Source of the DNA: Octopus vulgaris | Taxonomy: Eukaryota | DNA: 64,000 bases | Assembly: GCA_951406725.2 (NCBI GenBank) | Contig: OX597815.1 | Coordinates: 77,810,001 to 77,874,000 of the forward strand | Direction of reading: 5' to 3' | In this document: piece by piece, positions 13,199-25,855 of the stretch | How the letters are laid out: each line of letters opens with the position of its first letter | Numbering within the stretch: position 1 is the stretch's first letter | Notes under the pieces: model-generated | What the model saw: the letters and a program-made list of their open reading frames with translations, nothing else | Told to the model about the DNA's origin: nothing | Databases searched by the model: none | Translations under genes and position numbers: made by a program

Positions 13199-14196
13199 CT
13201 CATATCACATTCTGCCATCTTAAAAATTACACACAAGATGAGTTTGTTTGGAGTTCACTATTTCTTTAAAAAAAGGCCATGATTTGAGTATCTTTGATAA
13301 TGGGTCTACTTGATCAGGGTTGACTGAGGGTTAAACAATAAAAGTATAGCGATAACATTAAGAAATAACAATAAAAATAGTTTGTTAATGTTGGGAGAAG
13401 GCAGCATAATATTGATTTCAATTTTTTTCACAAGGCCAGCGATTTCAAGGGTTGCATAAATTGATTACATTGACCCCATTGTCAACTGGTACTTACTTTA
13501 TCAGCCCCAAAAGGATGAAAGGCAAAGTCAGCCTCAGCAGAATATGAACTAAGAATGTAAAAGCAGACAAAATACCACTAAGCACTTTGCCTGGCATAGT
13601 AATGATTCTGTCAGCTCACCATCTTTGAAGGCCACATAATATGGAGGGAAGTGTATAGTTGAAATCAACCTGAACCAACTCCGATAATATTTGTCTTACT
13701 TAAGACTTGTTGAGGGTTACCAACTGATTGTGCTTGAAGTTCTTTAGGGATGTAGTTTTTCAGAGCAGTATACATGAAGTTGCTGAGGGAGATCATCAAG
13801 CATTATAAGGTCTATTATTTGTAGCAATGTATTTGCATTGTGTTTGTGTTTTAGTTGTGGTTATGTGTAATGAGTGTGAGGTGTATGACTGTCTTCTTGA
13901 AAATATGTAGTGATCCAGTTAAATATTATTTGTCATACATATGACAATTGCTGTTAAAAAGAGACTAGTTTGTATTCATCATTTTCAGAACTTTAGATGC
14001 TTTGTTATATCCCTACTCTTCAGTTTTTAAATTTATATTTTTGAAAACTCTAATTAAATAAAAAAAAAAAAAGGAACTTAAAGCAATTATGTTTTTTTAA
14101 AGATTTTATATAGGTGCTGGCATGGCTGTGTGGTTAAGATGTTTTCTTCCCAACCACATGGTTCTGGGTTCAGTTCCACTGTATGGCACCTTGTAG

Positions 14197-14417
14197 AAGC
14201 AGCGAGTTGGCAGAAATGGTAGCACGGCAGGTGAAATGCTTAGCAGTATTTCATCAGAGTTCAAATTCTGCCGAGGTTGACTTTGCCTTTCATCCTTTCA
14301 AGGTCGATAAATTAAGTACCAGTTACACACTGGGGTCAATCTAATCGGCTTAATCCCTTTGTCTGTCCTTGTTTGTCCCCTCTATGTTTAGCCCCTTGTG
14401 GGCAATAAAGAAATAAG
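14197..14417 (+). mobile_element. tRNA-derived SINE (family C); other copies at about 13415-13625(-), 31710-31922(+), 45412-45800(-), 46029-46240(+), 58850-59030(-) and 63481-63720(+)
   Basis: Head gagttggcagaa...gagttcaaattc and core gactttgcctttcatcctttc...ataaattaagtaccagt. Confidence 0.82.
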
Positions 14418-14434
14418 AAGTGTCTTCTACTATA

Positions 14435-14853
14435 GGCGCAGGAGTGGCTGTGTGGTAAGTAGCTTGCTAACCAGCCACATGGTTCCGGGTTCAGTCCCAC
14501 TGCGTGGCACCTTGGGCAAGTGTCTTCTACTATAGCCCCGGGCCGACCAATGCCTTGTGAGTGGATTTGGTAGACGGAAACTGAAAGAAGCCTGTCGTAT
14601 ATATGTATATATATATATATATATATGTATGTGTATGTATGTGTGTGTGTTTGTGTGTCTGTCCCCCTAGCATTGCTTGACAACCGATGCTGGTGTGTTT
14701 ACGTCCCCGTCACTTAGCGGTTCGGCAAAAGAGACCGATAGAATAAGTACTGGGCTTACAAAGAATAAGTCCCGGGGTCGAGTTGCTCGATTAGAGGCGG
14801 TGCTCCAGCATGGCCGCAGTCAAATGACTGAAACAAGTAAAAGAGTAAAAGAG
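14435..14853 (+). mobile_element. Young full-length family A SINE with 7-bp TSD
   Basis: CpGs are retained, the head and tail are intact, and TSD TACTATA lies at 14428-14434 and 14854-14860. Confidence 0.9.
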
Positions 14854-15406
14854 TACTATAGCCATAGGCTATGAGTGGATTTGTAAGAAGTGGATTTTGT
14901 GTGTGTGTGTGTGTGTGTATGTGTCCCCCAACCTTGATTGACTATTGATGTTGATTTGTAGTGGTGGGATCAATTAAAAGTGATGTGGCAGCATGACTAC
15001 AGCCCAATGACTGGAACAAGTAAAAGGCAAAAGATAAAGAAGGAAAAAAGATAAAACAAATATTAATAAGCAAGACTAGTAAAAAAAATTCCATGAATGT
15101 CCACTTGGAGGAATGTTACACTTTGTTCTGATATAATAATCAAAGCATTTGAACAGTTTAATTTTAAGTGTTAAACCTTTGTACCTTACTTGAATATCTT
15201 GACAAGGTAAGCTGCTTTATACTGTGAAAAGTAACCCTGACAAGCAATTTGGTCTCTCAGAAAATTATCTATTTTTATTAAAGATACCCTGCTCCCTATC
15301 TGTCTGTCTCTGTGTATCCCCCCTCTCTCTCTTTCTGTCTGCCCATCACTCTGTTTCTGTCTGCCCCTCACTCTGTCTCTCTCATTCATTCATTTATATG
15401 TACATT

Positions 15407-15690
15407 GATCTGAACAAGCAACTGAAGTTCCCACAACATGTGGTAGCAATATCACGACAGTCAGTCCTGATCATCACCTTAGGCAACTAGGAATTGATCA
15501 TGCTGGAATCTATGGGTTTCTGGAAAGAGTATGTTGGTGAAATGACAGAGAAGAATCACATAAAGTACCAGGAAGTGGGGGATAAGTTCTAAGCCAGAGG
15601 CTGGAATGCACACTGCTAGCTCATAGAGGTTGGCTGTAGGGGCTTTGCAGATGCTCATTTTCTGAAGTCCTCAACCACTTGAATGGTGAA
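15407..15690 (+). mobile_element. HERO/R2-group LINE restriction-like endonuclease fragment
   Basis: DLNKQLKFPQHVV...ELIMLE...KYQE...ARGWNAHC*LIEVGCRGFA resembles the RLE C-terminus (EVGCRGF). Confidence 0.75.
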
Positions 15691-15955
15691 AATATCCTTC
15701 AAAATTCAGATTGGCAAATAAGTAAAGAAGTGAGATATAATCAGTGTATGTATAATATTTATTGACAGAATGACCCACACCCTACTGATGTACAATGAGG
15801 AGAATGAGATCTATATCATTATTTCTATGTGCATATCAAGGTGCATTTATGTGAGTATGTGTGTGTGCATATACATACATGCACACATACACACACACAC
15901 ACACACGCATGCACATATATATATATATATTATCCAAAATGTACAGTATTATATA

Positions 15956-16034
15956 TCCATCACAGCTGGTTTCATGCTAGGAATACAATGGGGTGTTAGG
16001 TAACAATACAACTACATAATCTTACACTCATCAG
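15956..16034 (-). ncRNA. Partial hammerhead-like motif beside (TA)n
   Basis: The minus strand reads CTGATGA gtgt...gcat GAAACCAGCTGT, with a CAGCTG palindrome at stem III. No stem I partner was found. Confidence 0.4.
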
Positions 16035-19000
16035 AGTTCGCCAATATGAAACGGAATATAGTGTTTGTATTTGGTTTGCAAGATTCTTGATGTGAACTTG
16101 TGTATTGAAACAGATTCTGTTGTATCTTGAGAGAGTAATTTTGCCAATAATAAACACATGCACTGATTGTATTTAACTTCTTTTATTATTATTATTATCA
16201 TCATCATCATTATTAGTTAATTTGTTAAGTATTAATCAAATAACTAATCGATTGTTTTTTTAATCAAAGACTCAGAAGTTAAATAGGACCAGTGCATATG
16301 TTTATTATTAGCATAATGACCATCCCCCTGAGTTATCTGGGATAGTTATATTCAGAGAATAGTCATTTATGTAGTAAATTTAATCCCAAATATTCCTTTG
16401 TTTCAGTTGAACATATTTGTAAATATGGATTGTTCTAGTGTCAGTGATTGTTATTTATACTCTTTGCATGATTGGAAATTTAGTTGACTAGGCATTTGGA
16501 GGGTTAGGCCTACCAGCACTATCATAAACCAGTTAAAGATCTTCTAGAAAGTCAGGTTGCTTAGACTACTAGAAATAGCAGCCAAATTGCCTTCAAATTA
16601 CACCTTACTGCCTTAAAAGAAAAAGAAATATATATTGGATAATGTAGTCAGCTACCTGGAAAGAAAAAAGTCTGATTGTGGAAGGGATGCCCTGCTCCAT
16701 CAGGCCTAACTTGAAGCTAAACGACAACAATACCTGGTCTTTACTACCAGACCATTGGTTCTCTCCCCTCCCAAGCTCTTCTGGTAGATATTGTTCTGCA
16801 GCTCTTCGGAGTGGGCACCACAAACATTAACAGTATAAAGTTGGAAAGCCTAAAATGTTTTGTGGTCAGCCCTTTTCTTCCAGACTCAGCAGCTAAAAGA
16901 AAATTAAATAAACTAAAAGCTGCATCATTCTCAGCAGCCTGGGAAAGCCTTCAAAGATTATGAATGTTGCCCCTGCCATACTCTACTTCTTTAAAAATGA
17001 TACACAAACAACTACAATAATATATTCAAATATGGGACTCTGTCTATACCTTAATGTATAACCATCATCGTCATCATCATCATCATCTTTGTTTTAATAT
17101 CTACTTTTCTATACTTGTATGGGTCAGACATATTTCTTGAAGTGGATTTTCTACAGCTGAATGCCCTCCCTTTTGCCAACCCTCCCCATTTCCAGGTGAG
17201 AAAGTATTTCCCTATATTTTCCTAGGAGACTGGAAATGAGGAACACAGCTTATATGTTAGTCATGCTCACTTATATCTATTGTGTGATGGCACAATAAAA
17301 GAGACACAAGCATACATACATGCCTGCACACATACATACATATTTATTTTTTTATTTATGGCTGTATGAGATTGTTGAAAATGAAAATAATTCAATTCCA
17401 TTATTCTGTCCAAACATACCTGGCCAAGGGGAAACATTGCCTTGCTTGGAAACAGATAAGGGTTGGTGACAGCTAGGGCATCGGACTGTAGAAAGTCTGC
17501 CTCAATAGATTTCACCCTACCCCAAGTAAGCATGGAAAAGTGGTCATTAAAATGATGATGATGGTGGTGATGATGATGACGATGACAATGATGACGACAA
17601 TGGACTTCTCTCAGTTTTTGTTTACCAAATTGACTCACAATGCTTTGAGTGACTTGTCCTTGGTGTCATACTGTGGAACTGAACCTGAAATCATGAGGTT
17701 GAAAAGCAAACTTTTCAATCACCCAGCCATGCTTTCACCTCAGTAATAGTTTCTTACAGTTGGTCTTTTGCTTATCAACATCAGTTAAACAGGTTTGTCC
17801 AACCATATGTTGGAATCACCCCAAGTTCAAATCGGTACCAACTTGAGATAGATAGACCTGTGATAGTTGTGTAGTAAGTTTGGTAACAATAGAAGAATAT
17901 ATGTAAATGGAAAAAAAAAATAACCATTTTGTTTGGAAATAAAATAAAAAAAAAAAAAAAAAACTGTTTAAAGATGTTCAGAGAAGAGTGAGTATTGCTT
18001 TTACCTTTTACTTGTTTCAATCGTTGAGTGCGCTAGAGCACCACTTTAAAGGGTTCAGCCAAACAAAATGACCCCAGTACTTATTCTTTTGGTCTCTTTT
18101 GCCAACCCACTAATCATCGTCATCATCATTATCATCATTGTTTAACATCCACTTTCCATACTGGGATAGGTTGGATGGTTTGACTGAGAACTGGCAAGCC
18201 AGGAGGCTGTACCAGGCTCCAATGTGATCTGGCAAGGATTTTACAGCTGGATGCCCCTCCTAGCACTAACAACTCTGAAAGTGTAGTGGATGCATTTTAC
18301 ATACCACTGGCACAGGAGCCAGTCAGGTGGAGCTGGCATCGACCCATGCTCATATGGTGCTCATATTGTGTGCCACCAGTATGGGTGCCAGTCAGGCAGC
18401 ACTGGCCAGGATTATGATTTCGATTATGATGATATAAACAAACCAACACCAGTTGTCAATCATCTGTGTGTATATGTGAATGTGTGGGGGGGAACAAAGT
18501 AGACACATGCACACACACACACACACATGTACATACGTACTAATATGTATATATAAACACACATATTCATCAAGCCAAGTGAAACTTAAGAAGACTCCTG
18601 AAGTCAAGTGAAACATAGTTGTGGTCAATAATGCCTTAAAAACTGGCACAAAAAGCACCCATTACACTCTTGGCATGGTTGGTGTTCGGAAGGACATCTA
18701 GCTGTAGAAACCATGTCAAATCAGTTTGGAAGCTGATACATATATATATATATATATCATCGGCATCATCATCATTATTTAACGTCCATGTCCCATGCTA
18801 GCATGGGTGGGATTGTACCACAAGAACCGGCCAGCCTGAAGCCTGCATCGGATTTCTGTGACTATTTTGGCAAGATTTTTACAGCTGGATGCCCTTCCTA
18901 ATAACAACCACTCAGCAGAGTGGACTTAGTGCTTTTTTTGTGGCACAAGGACACATGCATACATAGATACACACACACACACATATACACATACACACAC

Positions 19001-20296
19001 ACACATATCATCATCATCTTTTAATGTCCATTTTTCATGCTGGCATGGGCTGCACAATATGTCTATTTCTATATCTCTATTCATAGTCTAATCTCTCATC
19101 CAGTACAAAGCTACCTTCCTCAAACCTCCACTCCTCCACCATTGAGAGGTCTTGTTTTGTAAATTAGTTGGTGACTTCACTGCTGCTGGTGCCACATAAA
19201 AACCATTCAGTACACTCTGTAAAGTGACTGGTGTTAGGAAGGGTTTCCATCTGTAAAAACCATGTCAAAGCTGGCAACAGAGCTTGGTGCAGTCTTGTGA
19301 CTTGCCAGCTCCTATCAAACCATCCAATCCAGGATGACGACAATGACAGTGGGCTTCTACACAGTTTCCATCGACTGAATTCATTCACAAGGCATTGATC
19401 AACTTTGGGCTAGAATAGAAGACATTTGCCCAAGATGTTGAACATTGTGATTGAACTCAAAACCATGAGGTTGCAAAGCCAGCTTCCTAACCATACAGCC
19501 GTGCTTGTGCCTATTGATTCTATTTTTTGTTTTTTTAATTCTCCTGTACATTTTGCTTGAAATGTGAAAATGTAAAAAATTGAACTTCAATTATTTTATA
19601 GAAGTTTAATCATGTATAACATGAGAATATTCTTTAATACTTGTTCTCACAGTTTGGGTCTGAGCTAAATAAGCTGGTTTATCTTCTATGTATTATAATT
19701 AACACTAACCCCCCCGAAGACACAGCTTTGGCAGCAGGATTTTGTTCAGAACTGATGTGACATTAATCATTGTCACCACCAATGCCAACACCACCTCCAT
19801 CACTGTAATCATCATAGTCATCATCATCATTACCACCACCATCACCACCATCATTCTACTACCACTACTGCCGTTGCCACACCACCACCAGCAATGCCAT
19901 CATCATCATCACAACTGTCATCATCATTTTTTCTTCTCATTGCTTTCATGTAAATCTCCACACAAATTGTAACTTATCCTTGTAATGTTGTCCTCATCAA
20001 GCATCCATGTGGTAAATAAAAGAAATCATCATCATCACCATTGTCATCATCATCACCCATCGTCATCATCATCATCGCCATCATCCTCATTGTTGTCATC
20101 ATCACCATCATCATCATCACCACCACCACCTCCATCATCATCATCATAAAAATCATCATTATTGAAAGAATTGTCAGCATGTCAGACAAAATACTTTGTG
20201 GTATATCTTTCATACTTCTATGTTCTGATTTCAAATTCCACCAAGGTCATCTTTGCCTTTCAATCTTTCGCAGTCAATGGAATGAAGTACCAGTTA

Positions 20297-21900
20297 GAAA
20301 CAGCTGTATTTTATGGTCTTCTAAAAATACATAAAAAGTTTTTAAAAAACCTCTTCCATTGCATCCAATTTGCATTGGGTATTAATGTTCTACAACCAAA
20401 ATTTCAGAATGGCTAAATTGCTTTCTAGTCCCTGTAGCAAAAAGATCAAGTTCCTATATTCAGGATACTTTTGATTTATTGTCCAAAATTAACAATTATC
20501 CTGAGCACCGAAGTAACCATGATGTGGTGGGTGGGGGGTGGAAGCATGCATGAATGCCTTTGCAAAATGGTCAAGTAAATGTATTTCATCTAATTTTCTC
20601 TCAATGAAGTTTAGACAAAACTTTTACCATCAGATGAAGAGTTACACCATGGTTACCCCCCATGGCAATTAATTTCACTAATGTCTTTGTGACAAAATTC
20701 AAGACACAGTTGAGACATTCAAATTGCTGCATGACTATGAACTAATACTCTGGTTGTGGTTTATTTATGACATGTTCTTTTGTCTGGGAAGGATCGCAGA
20801 ATAGTTTAATTAATTTCTTGCATTTCTGTAACTGTTTCACAAAAACTATGGCTTTAAGTGCAATGTAAAATTCATTTCTAGTTTTTCAAAAATTAAGTGT
20901 TGAGTCTTTAGACACAAAAGTCGTTTTCAGAAGGCAGAATAGTGTCAGTTATTTTGCAAGCCTATATCACATTTACCTTCACCACCATTCCAATCGTCCA
21001 CATCATACAGTTAAGTCAAATCTGAAATCCCTGTTTTTGAGGATAAAATGGATTTGTACTGACACAGGAGATTACTGGAAGCATGCAAATGCTTTTGTAT
21101 GTCATTATGTCAAATGTGTTTACAGTGAATCATGATTAAAGGAAATTGCAAATGATATAGCTAAAATAGCAAAAAAAGTGAAACTTTCACACATAATTTT
21201 AGCAGCCAAAGTAAAATTTGTGATTGTATTCCTTCATTGATTAACTGGCACAAAAATTTCGCTGGCATTTCAAGTGTTGCATGAAGGTTACCAATATATT
21301 TCAGAAAAATACCCTCATTTAAAACAAATATTTCCTCATCTACTTATTGTACCCCTTTAGATGCAATAAAAATATTTTAGAGCTATTAAACACTAACTCT
21401 AACTCCAAGAAAACTACCATTGGAGTCTGAATGCTGTACCCCAAAAAACAGCTGCAAGAATGGTAAGCCCTGTTCATTGTGCAACAATATGAGTCAAGTC
21501 AATTCCATCACAAATTGTAACATATGTTCAGATTTATACAGAAGGTGGGACATATAAAGATTCTTATTTGCTGTATGCAGTGGAATGCATCAAACACAAC
21601 TTGATTTATTGGTTGCACAACAGAGCAATTAAATAAAAGATCCAGTGGGTGTAGGTTTGACGTTAGGCACAATAGCAGTAGTTCAATAGTACTTGCCAAA
21701 CATTCTACATCAAATAGCTGTAATTTTGAGGAACACTTGAAAGAGCACATTCTCAGAAAATATTCTGACACTACTGTACTTTCAGCCCTCAAAATGCATA
21801 AGGACAAATATATTTGTGAATTTCTAACATCACTCCCTGGAAGAATGAATAAAATGACAGGCAAATTTCATCACATTTACTCAAAACTGTTTGACTGAGT
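20297..21900 (+). mobile_element. Decayed Penelope-like retroelement (Neptune-type): RT, Cys-rich linker and GIY-YIG endonuclease
   Basis: Read across frameshifts: FYGLLKIHK (20309), PLPLHPICIG..TTKISEWL..SYIQDTFDLL, FYHQMKSYTMVTPMAINFTNVF (~20623), WFIYDMFF (YIDD site, ~20760) and YLHHHSNRPHHTVKS. These are followed by the linker CKNGKPCSLC, then LLYAVECIKHNLIY.GCTTEQLNKR..LAKH and LPGRMN. Confidence 0.85.
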
Positions 21901-22115
21901 TCCCTTTCTTGTTTTCTTTTTTTTCTTTTCCCTTGTAACCAGTTATGAAAAACTGATATTGTCATTTTGTCTAAAAAAAGAATGCAGGATATTCTCATTG
22001 ATATTTTAGATGTCTATATTTCTGCATTTTTTCTTTTTCCATTTTGAACCCAAGGAAGACAGACACTCTTATTGCTTATTTACCTTCTTGAAGAGTCACA
22101 TCAGTTTTCATAAAT

Positions 22116-22343
22116 TTCTTCTTCTTCTTCTTCTTCTTCTTCTTCTTCTTCTTCTTCTTCTTCTTCTTCTTCTTCTTCTTCTTCTTCTTCTTCTTCTTCT
22201 TCTTCTTCTTCTTCTTCTTCTTCTTCTTCTTCTTCTTCTTCTTCTTCTTCTTCTTCTTCTTCTTCTTCTTCTTCTTCTTCTTCTTCTTCTTCTTCTTCTT
22301 CTTCTTCTTCTTCTTCTTCTTCTTCTTCTTCTTCTTCTTCTTC
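22116..22343. repeat. Perfect (TTC)76 / (GAA)76 microsatellite
   Basis: 228 uninterrupted bases. Confidence 0.98.
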
Positions 22344-22984
22344 TGTGTGGTTGGATGCCCTTCCTAACATACATATATTTTGTTCTTAATTAGCAAAAGT
22401 TACAAAGTGATTTTGACTTCCATTTATCTTGTTTGTATTACGAATGCAAAGTAGTAGTGTCTGCGAATGCAAAGTAGCAGGAGACTGATTCGGCCAAATA
22501 AAAGTATTCTTACCTCTGATATAGTATTGGATACTCTTTCTACTGACAGTCAATACTATACACACGCACACACAAACACATGGTGTGTTTGATAGGTTCT
22601 CCTACAGTTGCCATTTGTCAGTTTGGTTCATAATGCATTGTTCAGTCTGAAGCTATTATAAAAAACACTCGTCCAAAATGCCACCTATTAGATTACTTGT
22701 TAAGTTTATCTCTGCAGATAGTCTATAGACATTATAGCCAGCACTAATTTTTGTTACGTTTCAGGTGTGATGAAATAATGAGATGGCAGATGAAAAATGG
22801 GTAATGGGTGCATATATGCCATGTTTCTGGGAGCGCGGGGGGGTGGGTGTCTTCATCAGCACTCATCTAATCCTTTAATCATTCTCGAACACATTGCTTA
22901 AATAGCCACTATGTATATCGGTGTAGTTATTGGATATACCAATTTTACATATTAAACACATTCCTGGAAGCTGGTATGTAAATA

Positions 22985-23164
22985 CTAATGACTATTAGGT
23001 ACACAGTGTTTCATTATACAACCACAGTATACTATAAAGTATATTAAACGTTTTTATAAGTCAATATTGCTTTCTACTGCGGTATTGACTTACAAAAGCA
23101 TTTAATATACTTTATAGTATATCATGGTTGCATAACGAAATACCGCGTACCTACAAATCATTAG
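22985..23164. repeat. Long inverted repeat / foldback hairpin (86-bp arms, 8-nt loop)
   Basis: ctaatga...taagtcaatattgc pairs with gcggtattgactta...tcattag. Confidence 0.9.
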
Positions 23165-25041
23165 CCACCTATTAGGTTTGAGCTTAAAACAATGTGGTTA
23201 CAAAGCGACTTTCATATCCACACAGCCATTCATACCCTTATAGCCGTCCCAGCACCTTATGCTTTTAATAATTGCTTTTAAAGTTTCATAATTGCTATTT
23301 TTCTCTTTGATCCATTTCCTGTGTATTATTGTTGTCACGTTTTTTTCCACCCCATAATCCACCCCACCATATTTATGTACTCCAGATTTATCTCACTTTC
23401 CACTACTTCCTTACTCATAAACACCTCAATGTTTTATTGTTTATTTTAAAAAGAAACGATAAAACTCTTGCAAAATATTTTTGACCCACTTGAAAAGAGC
23501 TACACACACATGCACACAAACACGTGCATATACATATACATACACACACACACACACACACAGATTTGTTGAAAGTGAATTTTTGAGTCAGTTTCTGAGT
23601 AAGTTACATAAATAAATGTATCACAGAATAAAACATAGTACTTCTGTCTACTTGACATGCCTCATTTCCTTTGTAATCATTTTATTTGTTTAGTCATGTG
23701 TACCATAGCTTGTGTTTAGATTTTAAGATTCCGTAATGGTCTAGCTGTTCATGTTTGAGTGTGTCATTCACTTTTCTCACTCTTAAAAAAATGAATAAAT
23801 AAATAAAAGTTCCTTTTCTTTACTTCTGCTGTGAAACTCCTAAATCACTCATTCTGAAGTAGACTTACAATTGACATAATAAAATTCAAGAATGTACCTA
23901 CAGCCACTATCATTTATTTTGTTACAGTCATTTCTATTCAACACAAAGTTTCTCCAGGTATAAAAACCAATGTATTATTTTAGAAATACTCCTCCCCCTC
24001 TTCCTCATCGTCATCGTTGTCACCGTCATCATTTAAGATCCGTTTTCTATAGGATGGACAGTTTGACAGGATCTGGTTAGCCACAGGGCTGCACTGAGCT
24101 CTAGTGGCATGGTTTCTACAACTGGATGCCCTTTCTAATGCCAACCACTTTATAGTGTGTATTGGGTGCTCTTTTTTGTGCCAACCAGAACTAGTAAGGC
24201 TGCCAACTTGCATGAGAGAAAAAGAGTGGGGGGGGGCACAAGCACACAACTAGGTGGAGGAAATGGCTTTATGCCAGAATTTGAAAGGCTAAAGTAAAGT
24301 ATAATAGAGAGACAAGCATAGATGTCTTGCTATAGAGGAGCTACATGGTTACCCAACATCATATAAGGATCAGAATAGTTTAGAAAAGCTAAGTTACCTT
24401 CTCAAATCATGCCAACTCACAAGAACCAGTTTCCCAGTTTCATGGCATATGTATTCCCCACCAGGATGAGATGCTGGTCTGTTGCAGGATGACTCTCTTT
24501 TGCCAGTTGAGCGGACTAGAATAATGTAAAACAAATTGTTTTGATCAAGAATACAATGCGTTACACGGTCTAGGAATCAAAACCACAATTTTACAATCAT
24601 GAGTCCAACACCCTAACCACTAAGCCATACATCTCCACATCAGAATAGTTGGGAAGAAAATACAGAGGGTAGTGATAGGGTGTCAAGAGTGTACTCTCAT
24701 GGCACAAGAAGGTGAACATATGAGAGGATATCAACAATGAATCAAGAGGAAGAGAGGGTGGATAGTTTTATATGCGTGTGAAGGGAGTAATGTTTAGAGA
24801 TGGGGTTTGAAGTGAGTGTAGTGGAATTCTTTGAGAATTACTTTTAGCACTTTTAGTGTTTCTCTTTCTTATGCCCCTACAAGTTTGAATGAGCAGTATT
24901 TCCATCTCTATCTGATTGCTTGATCTGCTCGAAATAACAACCAAATACCCTTCAAATCCTACTGTATTCCATACTATTTTTTAAAAAGTTAAAGAGTGGG
25001 TGCTTTGAGTCACATAATTCCATATCATAATCATCTGAATG

Positions 25042-25254
25042 TTAACCATTTAGCTTTCAGATTACACTGTTAAATGTAATGCTTATTTATTCACATTATT
25101 TTGAATTAATCATGTAGCTTTGAGATTTCAATAATGCAACTGTTTATTTTTAGAATGATATTGAAGGTAGATGTGAGAAGCCAGATCTGGCCATTTTGAG
25201 GACAAAACAGAATATTTGGGTTAGATATGGCCAGTTTAAATGCTTAAAGGTTAA
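25042..25254. mobile_element. piggyBac-like MITE family 1; other copies at 33396-33972 (split), 45875-46330 (split) and 53204-53425 (reverse)
   Basis: Ends of the form TTAA-CC(C/A)TTTAGC...GCTAAAGGG-TTAA, with a shared internal sequence across copies. Confidence 0.75.
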
Positions 25255-25593
25255 AATGGTTTGGTGAGAGGAAAGGCATCCAGTTGTAAAAAAGAAAAAA
25301 ATCTTTTTTTCTCAAGTGACATATATAGCAATAAAAACTGCCATTTTTCCATTACTGTTGCTGTGTATGACAAAAGGTGAGGTGCTGTGAAACCTGTACA
25401 ACTCATCTCTGCATAGAAAAATAGGTGTAAAACGATGACGACAATACTACTGAGGATGATGGTGGTGGTGGTGGTGGTAGTGGTGGTGGTGGTGGTGACA
25501 GTGATGATAACGATGTTGGTAGTGTTGATGATGATGATGACAACGATGATGATGATGATGGAGGTGGTGGTAATGATGATTGTTTCAATATAC

Positions 25594-25855
25594 CTCGTGT
25601 CTGTACCACTAAGATTCATTAATAAACCTGTTACTGTAAAAGTGCTGCTAACAATGACACTATTTCTAAACAAAGACAGTATGGTCATATATTTAACCTC
25701 TTTGACTATCAGTCTCTCCTGGATCAGCTCAAATTTGACACCGAACAACAGCATTGTATTATAATTCTTCTGCAAATTTTTGGTTTCACCTATTGAATGA
25801 AGAGCAGATATAGACTGCGTCATTTCATTCTTATTGCAGTGCATCACAATCTCTG
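25594..25855 (-). CDS. Candidate coding exon of a nested antisense gene
   Basis: Strong pyrimidine tract ttttcttcttttctttcttggttcCAG|CAG and donor GAG|GTATAT. Only one frame is open over the 262 nt (EIVMHCNKNEM...LLMNLSGTDTR), phase 1 to phase 2. The sequence is unique within the window. Confidence 0.5.

Noticed and set aside
14435-14510. tRNA gene
   Set aside because: It is the tRNA-like head of a SINE, continuing into SINE body and tail with a TSD, and is repeated many times.
19742-20334. His-, Ile- and Met-rich ORFs (also 17267-17746 and 25403-25609)
   Set aside because: They derive from (CAT)n/(CAC)n simple repeats and SINE tails, with no splice or homology support.
22010-22393. Poly-L, poly-E and poly-R ORFs
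   Set aside because: These are translations of the (TTC)n microsatellite.
22766-22801. Small + strand exon (tttcag|...|gtaatg)
   Set aside because: The frame following the phase-1 donor at 2412 hits TAA, and the donor is weak.
22800-22870. Minus-strand CTGATGA...GAAAC hammerhead candidate
   Set aside because: Stem I is plausible, but stem II does not pair and there is no valid UH triplet.
17781-23898. Further downstream exons of the antisense gene (~23870-23898 and ~17781-17857)
   Set aside because: They are phase-compatible, but the acceptors are poor and cannot be supported without transcripts.
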